Of a stretch of 64,000 nucleotides of DNA, positions 26,801-40,493 are shown in pieces. Positions within the stretch are counted from its first letter, which is position 1, and each line of letters begins with the position of its first letter. The position numbers and the translations under genes were made by a program. Below the pieces are notes generated by a model, which worked only from the letters and a program-made list of their open reading frames with translations, was not told the DNA's origin and made no database searches. Source of the DNA: Octopus sinensis (taxonomy: Eukaryota); NCBI RefSeq assembly GCF_006345805.1, contig NC_042997.1, forward strand, positions 118,296,001 through 118,360,000. Direction: 5' to 3'.

Positions 26801-28089
26801 GTTTATATTCATTGAACTCTCTTCTAACAGATACACATTTTATATGGAGATTGATAATAAACGACAGAACATGCTGAAATAATATCTAATTTGGTGCCAA
26901 CTAAAGATCACGAGAGTTTCTCGGCTCTTTCAATCACCTTTACTTATTCTTAATATAACTGCTGCGCTGTACGTTAAGTTCTAGTTTAATGCTGACTCTG
27001 ATTCCAGCACTTCAGTCTCACTTGTCAGGTTTTCCTCTTTCTTTCCTTAAGCTCTCATCTTCAGAAGCCGACTCGTTGTGTATCTATCGTTAAATAAATG
27101 CACCATTTAAACAGATATCACGTTTAGTAACTCCTGAATATTTCTAACTGAGATATAATATGCTTTTTTACTATCTAGCAGTGTACATGCACTAATACAT
27201 ACATACATACATACATACACACAAACACGCATGCTTTATATATATATATATATATGTATGTATGTGTGTGTTTCTGTGCATTTGTGTTTGCGAGCATATA
27301 GATGCATATATGACTGTATACGTATGTATCTTACTACCCATATGCATATATATATATGTATATATATATATATGTGTGTGTGTATAGTGTAAATACCATG
27401 AACAATAAATAATAAGAATATAGATAAAATTACGTTTGACATGGTGTATGTAGATATATGTGTGCATGCAATCATATGTGTGCTTGTGTGTGTATGCGTA
27501 CGTGTGTGCATATGTGTGTGCATGTGTGCATGAGGGTGCATATATGTATAAATATTTCTAAAGACCAATATTTTTATTACATGTAAAATTATATTGTATC
27601 TATATTTTTATATTTTCGACACCCCTTTTAATCGAATTCAAATATCTGTTATTTAAACCAATTGCTTTTTTTTATCTTTTCTTCTATTACATTCATTTTT
27701 TTTTATATAATACATCTTCATAGTGGATAACATTACAAATATAATAACCGCACATTCGGTTCTGATATAACATTTCTTTATATTACAAATATATTTTTAT
27801 CACTAACTGCTATTTATGTTTTTTAAAAGTGAACGAAAAAATAAAAACCAACAACTGATATATATTTGAAACATGCGTATAGCTACAGATATTAAAACGT
27901 ACAGATAGGTTTACGCATATAGCTATATCTACATTTACATTTATGTACAAATATAGTTACAAGGACGTATGAATTGGTTAGAATGATAGAAGTGTGAAGA
28001 ATCGATATTTGTAGATGATAATATAAGTGTAATATACAAATATATGAGCTAACGCTTTTGAGTATATGCGACTGTGTGTGATGTTTTGA

Positions 28090-28745
<656 letters not shown>

Positions 28746-28959
28746 ATTCTGACTGCGTGCATCAACGAATGAGCATGCGAATGAACGTATATCTGCGTAT
28801 AAGAAGGAAATTTTCTCTTTCAGTGCAACTGAATGATTAAAGTAGCTGAATGAAGGTGAGAGAAAAGAGAAGATAGGTGATCGAGTGAGTGATTGTGACA
28901 TAGGAAAAATGAATTTGATAGATAATGAATGAAAGGAATATATTATATTCAGCCACTAA

Positions 28960-29579
28960 GGCGGCGAGCTGGTAGGAACTTTAGCACGCCGGGCAAAATG
29001 CTTTGCGGTATTTCGTCTGCCGTTACGTTCTGAGTTCAAATTCCGCCGAGGTCGACTTTGCCTTTCATCCTTTCGGCGTCGATAAATTAAGTACCAGTTA
29101 CGCACTGTGGTCGATGTAATCGATTTAATCCGTTTGTCTCTCCTTTTTTATCCCTTCTGTGTTTAGCCCTTTGTGGGTAGTTCAGAAATAGGTATTTCGT
29201 CTGCTGTGCAGTTCTAAGTTCAAATTCCACCGAGGTCGACTTTGCCTTTCATCCTTTCGGGTTCGATAAATTAAGTACCAGTTACACACTGGGGTCGATC
29301 TAATCGTCTTAATCTCTTTGTCTGTCCTTGTTTGTCTCCTTTATGTTTAAACCCTTGTGGGCAATAAAGAAATAAGAAACGTTAGCATACCGGGCGAAAT
29401 GCTTAGCGGCTATTTCGTCTGCTGTTACGTTCTGAGTTCAAATTCTGCTGAGGTCGACTTTACCTTTCATCCTTTCAGGGTCGATAAATTAAGCACCAAC
29501 TGCGTACTTGGGTCGATCTTATCGTCTGACTCCCCCCACCCCCCTAAAATTTCGGGCCTTGTGCCTAGAGTAGAAAAGA
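28960..29579 (+). mobile_element. Multimeric SINE family D unit (three cores) with a 17-bp TSD (1 mismatch)
   Basis: TTATATTCAGCCACTAA (28943-59) / TTATATGCAGCCACTAA (29580-96). Confidence 0.85.
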
Positions 29580-31479
29580 TTATATGCAGCCACTAATGTC
29601 AGCCACTATCTTCCTGATATTTGTGGTCTTTACAAATATGCTTAAACGCTCATTTATACCTCTGTTTGAACACTTCAGACTCAGCAAAGATATTCCAAGA
29701 AGCTCTGTTAGAAGAGCCTGCCTACTTGTCTGTATGTCTGCTTGTCATCATTTAAATTCTTCCTCTGAGCTCCATCACTGGAGCTCAAACACTATTCAGA
29801 TACCATCCAATACCCCCTATTTCATCTGCAACGATCAGACTATCGGATGTTGTTAGACACCACCTGTAACAATCTCTTCCAATTCCTTTTTGAGTGTGCC
29901 CTTCTTTTCCATCTTGGCCCGAAATGTTTTATTAAATAATCTTCTCATCGCTGTGGAAGCCTTCTGAATGGCTTTTTATTACCCTTGGATAACATTCAGC
30001 AACTGAGCTGGTCCACCTCGTGTCTATGAACCTTGCAACATGCGCCGCCTCTGCAGTACTTGTGATTTCAGTATTCTGCAGTCACATCGTTCCCTTTGCA
30101 CCGTTCTCGAAATGAGGTCACGAACGTAAGATTGGGTAAATGCTCAGAAAATGAGAAACGGAAAAGAGTCTGAGAGTAATGGATGCATTGATAGTTCACA
30201 GGACCAGAAAACACTGTTGTAGTAGTAGAAAGGAGAGAACGAAGACAGGGTCTGTTTGTGATGCCGTGTTCGAAGCAGAATCCTTACCAAGCATTCGGAG
30301 GTCTTCTTGTACAAGTGGTTGTGTTTGATTAGGCGTTATTCTACAATATGTTAAACCAAGTCGCACTTGTAATTTGTGGAAAACCTGCCGTTGATTAAGG
30401 TGGAATATCTTGTGGTCGTATGAAGGAAGTTAAGTCATTGTGGTGTGGTTTGTAACAATATTATATATCAACACAATTTTGCAAATAATCTCTTGATAGT
30501 TTATCTTGATGATTAGCAGGAATAATTTTTGACTCGATAGAGTAAAAAATCTTTATTACCAAAGAGGTGTGTCATGAATAATTTTTATCAGTTAATGAAA
30601 GACTGGGATTGTTCTGTTTGTCAACCATTGCCAAAGCATGTCAAATGATTATAAAACCCCGATTCTTGCATTGAAATCTGGAACTTTAATAGTCATATCT
30701 CATCGCAGCGATCGGGTTGTAGCATGAGATTTTGTATTAGTTATGGCAATGTTTGAAGTTTTAAGTATTTTAATTGATTCCCCTGATCAATGAAATCATC
30801 AGAAAGGATGGGAAAATAAATAATAAAAGTTGTGTGTGTTGACGATAATGTTCTGCTTTAATGTTAAAACAATGCGAACTAAAATAGAGTTAATCAAAAT
30901 CGCACGTAATCGTGTAATTTGAAATTATCGGAAACAACACCCTGGTAAGAAGGTAGAGACTGTAAGGTGTTTCATAAATCTTTGATGTTGAAACTATTAA
31001 AATATTCAAAGTGGCTGGATGCACGAAACGTTACACGAATGCTAAACATTGTAATCATGATTAATGGCGGTGACAGTGCAACACTTAAAACTTCTATTTA
31101 TGAGCTAAAATACAGGAAGATCCTCAATAAATGACATAGTAATGAACTGCCTTTCTCAAAGAGAGATCTGGGAAATAGTATTAAGATATCAATTTCAGTT
31201 AAAATACAAGGTTTAACATTATTGTGGTTTATCTGCAGGGGTAACTAAACTAGGACAGATTCTTGGCTCTATAGTGCCAAATGGAATGGCTGAAAAGTGA
31301 TCCCAGACATTACATTACATCTTTCTCTGAATAATATAAATATATGAACCCCTCAGTGAGACTTAGAAGATTTGGTGAAACTCCTGCGTATATATATATA
31401 TATATATAGTACATTTAATTTTCTATGCATATATATCTCTTTTTTTTTATCTTTTACTGTTTTCAGCCCAAGGCTGAGA

Positions 31480-32142
31480 TCATGCTGGTGTACCATCTGT
31501 AGTTACTCAGTGTTGTTTCCAATATTGCTTTTCGTGAAGTAGCGAGCTGGACAGAGCTGCACTTCTTTGCGTCTCCTGCCGCGATGTGGGTTCATCTGGT
31601 ATCTCAGAGACAAACCTGTCCAGAGGTTCTTTGAAAACTTCCACATCATCACCATGTAGATCTCTAAGGTTGCCTGGAAGGCTGTTGAACAATTGCGGGC
31701 CCTTGAAACCCAGACTATTGCAGTACTGTGTTCTTATTTTAGATGGGGAAGATGGGATCTTTGGTGTGAGGATTGGTATAGCTGTCAATTCCAAAATTAG
31801 GAGCTAAGCCCTCCAAGATCTTTCAAATGTATATCACCGCATATCTCTCTCGTCTTTTCTCCAGGGAATAGAGAATCAGCCCCTTTAGCCTCTCCCAGTA
31901 GCCCATCTTTTGCATCGAGTCAATCTTCCTTGTGTATTGTCACTGGATTGTTTCGAGTTCCACAGTGTGCTTCATATATTCTGGGGATCATAATGGTCCA
32001 AGTGGCTGAGAACGAAAGTCTTCCATAGACGTAGCAGGGTCTCCATTTTCTTGGTTCTGAATGTCCTTAGAATCCATCCAGCCTCTCGCCATCTTGGTAA
32101 TATGCACATGGAACATTGCATCATTGCTCATCTGAACCCCAG
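31480..32142 (-). mobile_element. CR1/L2-group LINE 3' fragment
   Basis: GWILRTF...LSHLDH...YWERLKGL.LYSLEKRRERY and GPQLFNSLPGNLRD...FKEPLDRFVSEIPDEP are typical of the CR1-group RT C-terminus. Confidence 0.8.
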
Positions 32143-32146
32143 GTCA

Positions 32147-32192
<46 letters not shown>

Positions 32193-34198
32193 TATTGTAG
32201 CAGGGAACAGATTTGGTGGGATTTGCATATATTATTCCATAGCAGTTTGATTCGGTTTAAACAACTTAAATATTGTGGAAGGACTAAGTTAATTTTGCAA
32301 CTACATATACCCGCATACACACGCATACACACGCACACATACACCTATATATACATATATCTACGTATATTCACATATATCTTTATGCAGAGACATACAT
32401 GTGTATTTACATACATACATGCGTACATTCATGTATACATACACATATATGCATAAAAATGTACATGCATATATGTACATAAAATATGTATCTACTATCA
32501 TTTACGTAAATATGGATGCATATACAGATATACATACATATATTAAATGTAGACAAACACGCAAAGAAATGAAAAAGAAAAACACAGATTTACCGTTGAC
32601 GCTGGGCATATATTTCAATGTCTGACATAACACTATTAAAGAAAGATAAGTCATATTAATTACCTACTATCTAAAGGCTGATTTAATACCCGAAAGATTG
32701 AAGAGTGACATTTGACCAAAAGACCGTATTTTACCATAAAATCTCATTAAATTCCATTATTTTTCTTCAATCAGCTTCAACATAATCAATCTTTGATTGA
32801 TAGATTTCACATTCCAAAAGTTCTAAGTCTCTTGACTTTAATTGTTTTTGCAATGTTTTTGAGAATATCGTTTAGTAATGGTAGTTTAGAGATTATCATC
32901 TAGTAATGCCTTGCTTGTAGCAACAATGGGGCCTCTGCGTGACAACCAGAAATGCTAAAAATAGTTGCCATACCTTCCTAAAATTGGTGAATAATAGATT
33001 GGATAATGTGGATCTTAATAAACTGTGCTAAAATGAAGTTAGGTGAAGTTAAGGCTGTCATAAACAGAATGACTTACATCTCAGGTCTACACCACGACAG
33101 CTGTTTCTGGTTCTAAACATCAAGAATGTTAAACTATAAATATACGAAACATACATATAGTATTGCATACAGTACTATAATCACAAAAGCGAAGGGAGTG
33201 GTTTCTAAAGAGAACTAGGAACACAGAACACCGCGTAGACATATAGGCATGCATACATATTCAGTGATTGATCAGAATATAATTTTGGTCACTCAAGCCC
33301 CCAAAATGCAAATTGGTAATATTTAATAAACTTGGAGTGATAAAAGTCTAGAACAATACAGCGCTGCCATCATTAAATGGGTCCTCATTATAGATCAGAA
33401 ATCAATCTACAGATTCACCCATTTCAGCGTTACCTCCCATCTCCAATTCTCTCGTCTTGGATATTCTGGATTTCAGGATAGATTTCAGTAAATTAGCGAT
33501 CTAGACATCAGAATATTAATGAACATAAGGAAATAAGTTACACGACGTCATTATCTACTGAATAAAATAAATAAATAAAAATTGATTCAAAATGTTAAAT
33601 CAACTGAGGTGGCTGGCATAGTTGATCATTAAAGCCCCTCAAAATGCTGGCCTCCAAAACTTCGGAATTTACAGTGATGACGTTTTAAGAATCGTGTAAT
33701 ATGAACTGCAGCACCACAAACAGGATTAGAAAAGGTTTAATAGTGTTAAAATGATTAAGGTAAACGTACCACTTAGAACTAAATTTATGATAGCCAATGT
33801 CGTATTTAAAATACCAGATATAAAGACCGATAAACGTTGCTCCGATAGAAAGTCAAACAAAGATACAGTGTACGCGCACACTGATATGCATGCGAGCATG
33901 CATGCTTGCTTACATACATATGTACGTATAAATGAATACGCATGAGTGCGCGTACATGTGTATGCATGTTTGTGTATGTGCGCGAATGTTTTTGTACGTG
34001 CGCATGCATGTTCGTTCATATATGTGTCTGTGTGTGTGTGGGGGGGGGCATGCGTGTGCGCGCCCATGTACAAATGCGTACTCTCGCATCAATACAGACA
34101 TGCACGCAAAACCATATCAGCGCGCCTACACACCTACATATACAACTGCATACTTGCACATACCACCCCTTCCCACTTCCCCTCCTACAATCTGGCTG

Positions 34199-34272
34199 AT
34201 TTCCTGACCACATCGCGGTCTATTTCCTGTCCACTACACGGTCAATTTCCTGTTCACTATGCGCTAATTTCC
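34199..34272 (+). repeat. 23-bp degenerate minisatellite (about 3.3 copies)
   Basis: ATTTCC(TG) at 34199, 34222, 34245 and 34267. Confidence 0.7.
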
Positions 34273-34535
34273 AACTAAATGTTACCGATATACCAACACC
34301 AAACCACGACACCGCGTGACCGTCCTCAACCAACCACAGCCCACCTTACAGTAATAGCAATCAGCTTGTGTCATTCAAATTCAAAATGGCCGAAGACTAG
34401 CATCACGCTTGAAACTCAAGAGTACCAACGAATTTGAATGAAACTGTTTTCTTCCATACATGTAACTCCCAATAAATTGGTTGAGTGTCCCTTTGTTCTT
34501 TCAATCACTCGTATATATATGTATATGTATATTTG

Positions 34536-34634
<99 letters not shown>

Positions 34635-34800
34635 ATATATATATACAAGTAATGAGAGAGAGTCCACATGTGGTCACTCTAACGCTAGATATAGATCCCC
34701 GAAGGGAATCCACCACTAAAGAATTGTTCTCAAGAATTAATTCAACGCGCCAAGAATGTAAGCGAGCAGGACAAATGAAAAATAACGAAAAAATAGAGTA

Positions 34801-34876
34801 ACTCTATACAATTGTTTCACCGTTAATAGATTGTGTAATTTTACTTACATAATCATTTTCGGATCGTCAGTAGAGT
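34801..34876 (-). ncRNA. Type I hammerhead ribozyme motif in the left arm of the foldback (identical to 35296-35371)
   Basis: Exact reverse complement of the 35296-35371 motif. Confidence 0.8.
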
Positions 34877-35295
34877 ATATCATAAGAATATATTTTGCTG
34901 AGTCAAACGCCAACATCCACACGAAGCCGAAGAAAAGCGAATGGCACAGCCGATTATATCTGCAGTTATGTTCAAATATCCTCATTCTTGCGCGTTAAAA
35001 AAACCCGGATGTAAATACTACCCCAGTAATTTACTGCCGGTTTGAGAACATATTAATTATTTTAAATTGATGTTATTAATTAGTATTCAATTTTTTTCAC
35101 TCGTATCATGATTTTAATTATAAATTAATATGTTCTCAAACCGACAGTAAATTACTGGGGTAGTATTTACATCCGGGCTTTTTAACGCGCGAGAATGAGG
35201 ATATTTGAACATAACTGCAGATATAATCGGCTGTGCCATTCGCTTTTCTTCGGCTTCGTGTGGATGTTGGCGTTTGACGTATATTTTTTTGATAT

Positions 35296-35371
35296 ACTCT
35301 ACTGACGATCCGAAAATGATTATGTAAGTAAAATTACACAATCTATTAACGGTGAAACAATTGTATAGAGT
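35296..35371 (+). ncRNA. Type I hammerhead ribozyme motif in the right arm of a foldback element
   Basis: ACTCTA-CTGACGA-[45-nt hairpin]-GAAAC-AATT-GTA-TAGAGT: 6-bp stem I, palindromic stem III ACAATTGT, GUA site. Confidence 0.8.
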
Positions 35372-35469
35372 TAATCTATTTTTTCGTTATTTTTCATTTG
35401 TCCTACTCGCTTACATTCTTGGCGCGTTGAATTAATTCATTCCTGAGAACAATTCTTTAGTGGTGGATT

Positions 35470-35656
35470 CCCTTCGTGGATCTATATCTAGCGTTAGAGT
35501 GACCACACGTGGACTCTCTCTCATTACTTGTATTAATAATTTTTACTGTATCCCAGTCTTTATACGCTAGGCCACTTGGTGTTTTAAATGATGTTATTAA
35601 TTAATATTCAATTTTTTTCACCCTTATCGTGATTTTAATTATATACACACACACAC

Positions 35657-35695
<39 letters not shown>

Positions 35696-35844
35696 TGTAA
35701 GGATATATGTATGTATGTATGTATGTATGTATATATGCTTTCGGTGTGAGTACATATCTATCTATTTATCTATATATCTATGATTGTATATGGCTGTGAT
35801 ATATCACAAATATTATTATATATATATATATATTATATATATAT

Positions 35845-35898
<54 letters not shown>

Positions 35899-36009
35899 GA
35901 ATATATCACAGCCATATACAATCATAGATATATAGATAAATAGATAGATATGTACTCACACCGAAAGCATATATACATACATACATACATACATACATAT
36001 ATCCTTACA

Positions 36010-36056
<47 letters not shown>

Positions 36057-36223
36057 GTGTGTGTGTGTATATAATTAAAATCACGATAAGGGTGAAAAAA
36101 ATTGAATATTAATTAATAACATCAATTAAAACACCAAGTGGCCTAGCGTATAAAGACTGGGATACAGTAAAAATTATTAATACAAGTAATGAGAGAGAGT
36201 CCACGTGTGGTCACTCTAACGCT

Positions 36224-36228
<5 letters not shown>
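35470..36228. repeat. Second, near-perfect palindrome centred on an (AT)n tract, overlapping the first foldback
   Basis: 35470-35810 is mirrored at 35895-36228, including the (TATG)n and (CA)n runs. Confidence 0.9.
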
Positions 36229-36277
<49 letters not shown>

Positions 36278-37201
36278 GCAATTAAAATCAAATGGCTGGA
36301 ATAAGGAAAGACATTGCGTTGTAGATTTGACTTGGAGTAGCAGATTATATCTAAGTTTCGCAAACTTTCAAATTTGGTGTAGGGAAATGTGTATGAGAAT
36401 ATTTAGTACTATGGTCGATAAAAGTCTTAAACGGTGCCAAAATCATTAAGGAGAACAGAAAGACTCTAGAGATACAAACAACAAAGTTGATTGAAAAAGA
36501 ATTCCACATATTGTCTCTCTAAGGTATCACGAGGACAGGTAAGCAGAAGGAAAAAAAATTCGTTTTCATTTTGACAGTTTATAAAACCATCAAAAGATAT
36601 TGAAAGTATTATCTCTCCTTTTCTCGCTTTTCTCTTCTTCCTCTCACGTACACAGAAGCACTCACACAAAAATATTCACAGAAATGAAGTGAATAGAAAG
36701 CTATCAGCACAAGCATACATACAAATACAGAAATGAATAACGTGTTGGCGCATAACAAGTTATAGCTTCGTCAAACAAAAAGATTCGAATTATAAAAGAG
36801 TTGTTGAAAGTAAAAATCAACGCCTACAACCACAATGAACCGTAAAATATCTCTATAGATACACCTAAACATTTAAAATAATCACAGGCCAGCTTTCGAA
36901 ATGAGTACTGTACATTAATAATAGAATCACAAGTCGGACGCAACGTACGAGCGTTCAGATTTTGCTGAACTATCTGCACAAATGATTTATTTATAGTGAT
37001 CAAATGATTAGCTCATTCCCTCCATGAAGTCGACTCTCCAAGAACAGGTGCACAGTGTACCACATGTAAGATGTCGAAGTGATTGCAGACTAACGAGAGA
37101 TGAAGCATTTTACTCAAATACCGGTTCAGGAATTGAATCCACGATCTCGCGAGCAACGCACTAACCACTGGGCAATGCGCCCTCATTATATATTAATATT
37201 T

Positions 37202-37563
37202 TCTACTATACACACAAGGTCTGATATTTTGGGGGAAGGGGCATGTCGATTAGCGACACCAGTACACAATTGGTACTTAATTTATCGACTCCCAAAGGGT
37301 GAAAGGCAAAGGTGGAATTTGAACTCAGAACGTAGCAGCAGACGAAATATCTATTTCTGAACTACCCACAAGGGGCTAAACATAGAAGGGACAAACAAGG
37401 ACAGACAAAAGGGATTAAGTCGATTATATCGACCCCCGAGCGTAACTGGTATTTATTTAATCGACCCCGATAGGATGAAAGTCAAAGTCGACCTCGGCGG
37501 AATTTGAACTCAGAACGTAAAGGCAGGCGAAATACCGCTAAGCATTTCGCTCGGTGTTGTAAC
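37202..37563 (-). mobile_element. SINE family D, two-core form
   Basis: Two GGAATTTGAACTCAGAACGTA cores on the minus strand. Confidence 0.85.
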
Positions 37564-37681
37564 CTCATTATGCAATTAATACTAAAAAAAAAGACATTAA
37601 AGTTCTCCAGAAAGATAAAAAATACCTTATATATATCGAGTGATATTTACAGAACCAAAACGAAACATTTATATTACATAT

Positions 37682-38080
37682 AGGCGCAGGAGTGGCTGTG
37701 TGGTAAGTAGCTTGCTTACCAATCACATGGTTCCAGATTCAGCCCCACTGTTTGCCACCTTGGGCAAGTGTCTTCTACTATAGCCTCGGGCCGACCAAAG
37801 CCTTGTGAGTGGATTTGGTGGACGGAAACTGAAAGAACCCCGTCGTATATATGTATATATATATATGTGTGTTTGTATGTCTGTGTTTGCCCCCCCCCCC
37901 AATATCGCTTGACAACCGATCCTTGTGTGTTTACATCCCCGTAACTTAGCGCTTCGGCAAAAGTAACCGATAGAATAAGTACTCGGCTTATAAAGTCCTG
38001 AGGTCGATATGCTCGACTAACGGCGGTGCTCCAGCATGGCCGCAATCAAATGACTAAAACAATTAAAAGAGTAAAAGAGA
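37682..38080 (+). mobile_element. SINE family C
   Basis: AGGCGCAGGAGTGGCTGTGTGGTAAG head on the + strand; GAGTAAAAGAG tail. Confidence 0.92.
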
Positions 38081-38140
38081 GACTAAGAGTACCTCTAATA
38101 GCGAAGACCTCCCATGTATAAGAAACCTTGTTGTACAACA

Positions 38141-38470
38141 CAGGTTCTCAAACCAGGCGCTACTGCCCCCCGGTGAGCATTGAGATTGTCCAGGTGGGCG
38201 CTGGTACCCAAAGGGACGATAGAGAAAAATGAAGCGTTGGGAGACAGGCAGTGAACTGGGGGACGCTATATAATATTTTTATACTATATTATATAGTATT
38301 GTATACAAATTATATAATATTATATTAAGTATCAAATGATTCATATAATGATTCATATATATATTAGTAAAATATAAAATATTTGTTTATATATAAAAAT
38401 AGGGGTGGGGACGCTGAGAGTATTATGTGGGCATGTGTGGGGCGATGACCCAAAAAGTTTGAGAAATTCT
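38141..38470 (+). mobile_element. Probable hAT-type non-autonomous element
   Basis: CAGGTTCTCAAAC at the left and AAAAAGTTTGAGAA at the right (degenerate TIR). Confidence 0.45.
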
Positions 38471-38593
38471 ATTGTTACAACAGTACAAAAATCATACTTA
38501 TATGTCAAACATAAATGAGTTAATTTGTTTAAATACATACATACATACATACATACACACACATACAAAAACACCCACACCCACGCATATATG

Positions 38594-38826
38594 CAGGGTG
38601 CGATGGGTAAATTTTCGCCGTTTTATATACTCTTTTACTCTTTTACTTGTTTCAGTCATTTGACTGCGGCCATGCTGGAGCACCGCCTTTAGTCGAGCAA
38701 ATCGACCCCGGGACTTATTCTTTGTAAGCCCAGTACTTATTCTATCGATCTCTTTTTTGCCGAACCGCTAAGTAACGGGGACGTAAACACACCAGCATCG
38801 GTTGTCAAGCAATGCTAGGGGGACAA

Positions 38827-38857
<31 letters not shown>

Positions 38858-39822
38858 CATATATACGACAGGCTTCTTTCAGTTTCCGTCTACCAAATCC
38901 ACTCACAAGGCATTGGTCGGCCCGGGGCTATAGCAGAAGACACTCGCCCAAGATGCCACGCAGTGGGACTGAATCCAGAACCATGTGGTTGGTTAGCAAG
39001 CTACTTATCACACAGCCACTCCAATTTCGCGCATGCACATTGTATTTTTTTATTTTGTCGACTACACAGTACAGTAGGTTCAGTTGGGCACCGTCTGTGA
39101 GAAAATATCACCATGACCCAATGCTCTCTGCCATAAATTTGGAAACGACATGCTGTACTGCTTGGCATTCAGTCGGAAGCACCAATACGAACATTTCAGA
39201 GTGTTTGGGTGTCTGAGGACATGTACCGAGGAGGATAAAAATCAAAATCCAGACAACATCACGGTGTTTGGAGTGGTCACTAGTGATGGCGACGTTATGC
39301 CTCCATTTAACTTGCTACACGCACTCAGATTCAACACGGAGGTCTACATCAAGTACCTGGAGGAGGTAGAGCTGCCCTTGGTCAAGAAGCAGGCTGCTGG
39401 AAGATCCTATGTCTGACACCACGACTCTGCACCACGCCACATGCGCAGGAGTCATGGCTGTCAAACAATTTCTGCAACCTCATTACCCCTAACATCTGGC
39501 CACCTAACTGTAACTCCCTTGATTATTATGTGTAAAGCGCAGTTGAACGAGAGACCAACAAAACTCCTTGTTACATCAAATATGAACTGAAGGCAAGGAT
39601 TATGGCAGCATTCACCAACTTAAACAAGAAGACCGCCCACAAGTGTTGCAGGAGATTCTGGAGGCCATGGTTAAATACAATGACAATATTATTGAATAAA
39701 TTTACTCTTTAGTATTTCAAGATATTTTTATGTAATTTTGGTAAATATATTTGTTAAAATGAGATATCAGTATCATTTTCATTTTTGCGTAATTTTGATG
39801 GCAGTTTATTCACTGTACCCTG
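38594..39822 (+). mobile_element. Decayed, internally deleted maT/DD37D-like Tc1/mariner transposon with a nested SINE
   Basis: Degenerate ends CAGGGTG.../...TACCCTG-TA. Transposase remnants at 39112-39700: VFGVVTSDGDVMPP, HHDSAPRH, NIWPPN..LDYYV, ELKARIMAAFTNL. Confidence 0.75.
38630..39021 (-). mobile_element. SINE family C nested in the maT-like transposon
   Basis: Full body between the transposon left end and the transposase start. Confidence 0.92.
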
Positions 39823-40112
39823 TATATATATAAGGACATTACTACTATATTTTGCTAAAGGGATTGAATGCATTTTCAAATAAAATTTCTTGAGGGGATG
39901 ATGATAATTTTGCTTATTTCGCTGGGATTCTTGAATAATCTTTTTATTGCACACCAAGCATTTTCTGGTTTTTATAGAAAGTATTTTAACAGCATTAATA
40001 CATACACGCATATATACATACATATACACATACATACATACATACATACATACATACATACATACATACATACATACATACATACATACTACATACATAC
40101 ATACATACATAC

Positions 40113-40493
40113 ATCTGCAGATATAAATATCTCTTTGAAAATCAGAGAAAAAGAGGATGTCTATGGACAACTGCTTCGAATAACCCAGATTCTATATACA
40201 GACTATGAATTCATATTCATACCAATAATAATTGGAACACTAGGTTTTGTTAGTAAATGCTTAAAGGAGAATCTGGATAAACAAGGGTTTTCAGAACGAG
40301 AAATCGACCGGCTGATCCGTACATTACAAGTCCAAACTGTGAGTGGAACAGTAAAATTATGCAAGACTTTTCTCAAGTTCCAAATGTGAATTTGTCTGTG
40401 TTAACTACATTCCAAAGGTGGAGCCTTGTATCTTTGTTGGAAACCTCAGTAGAAGATTTATAATAATTAAAAAATTAGAAGAGACATACATAC
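40113..40493 (+). mobile_element. R4/Dong-like non-LTR retrotransposon extreme 3' fragment
   Basis: SADINISLKIREKEDVYGQLLRITQILYTDYEFIFIPIIIGTLG...VSGTVKLCKTFLKFQM* is homologous to the end of the 18094-18621 translation. It begins right after (CATA)n and ends at CATACATAC. Confidence 0.85.

Larger units (their letters stand above)
34641..35533. repeat. Large foldback with arms of about 420 bp and a spacer of about 60 bp
   Basis: 34641-35060 is the diverged reverse complement of 35120-35533. Confidence 0.93.

Noticed and set aside
29800-30330. Minus-strand reading resembling a Penelope ORF N-terminus (LLRTRHHKQTL)
   Set aside because: The similarity is too weak and interrupted to call without a profile search.
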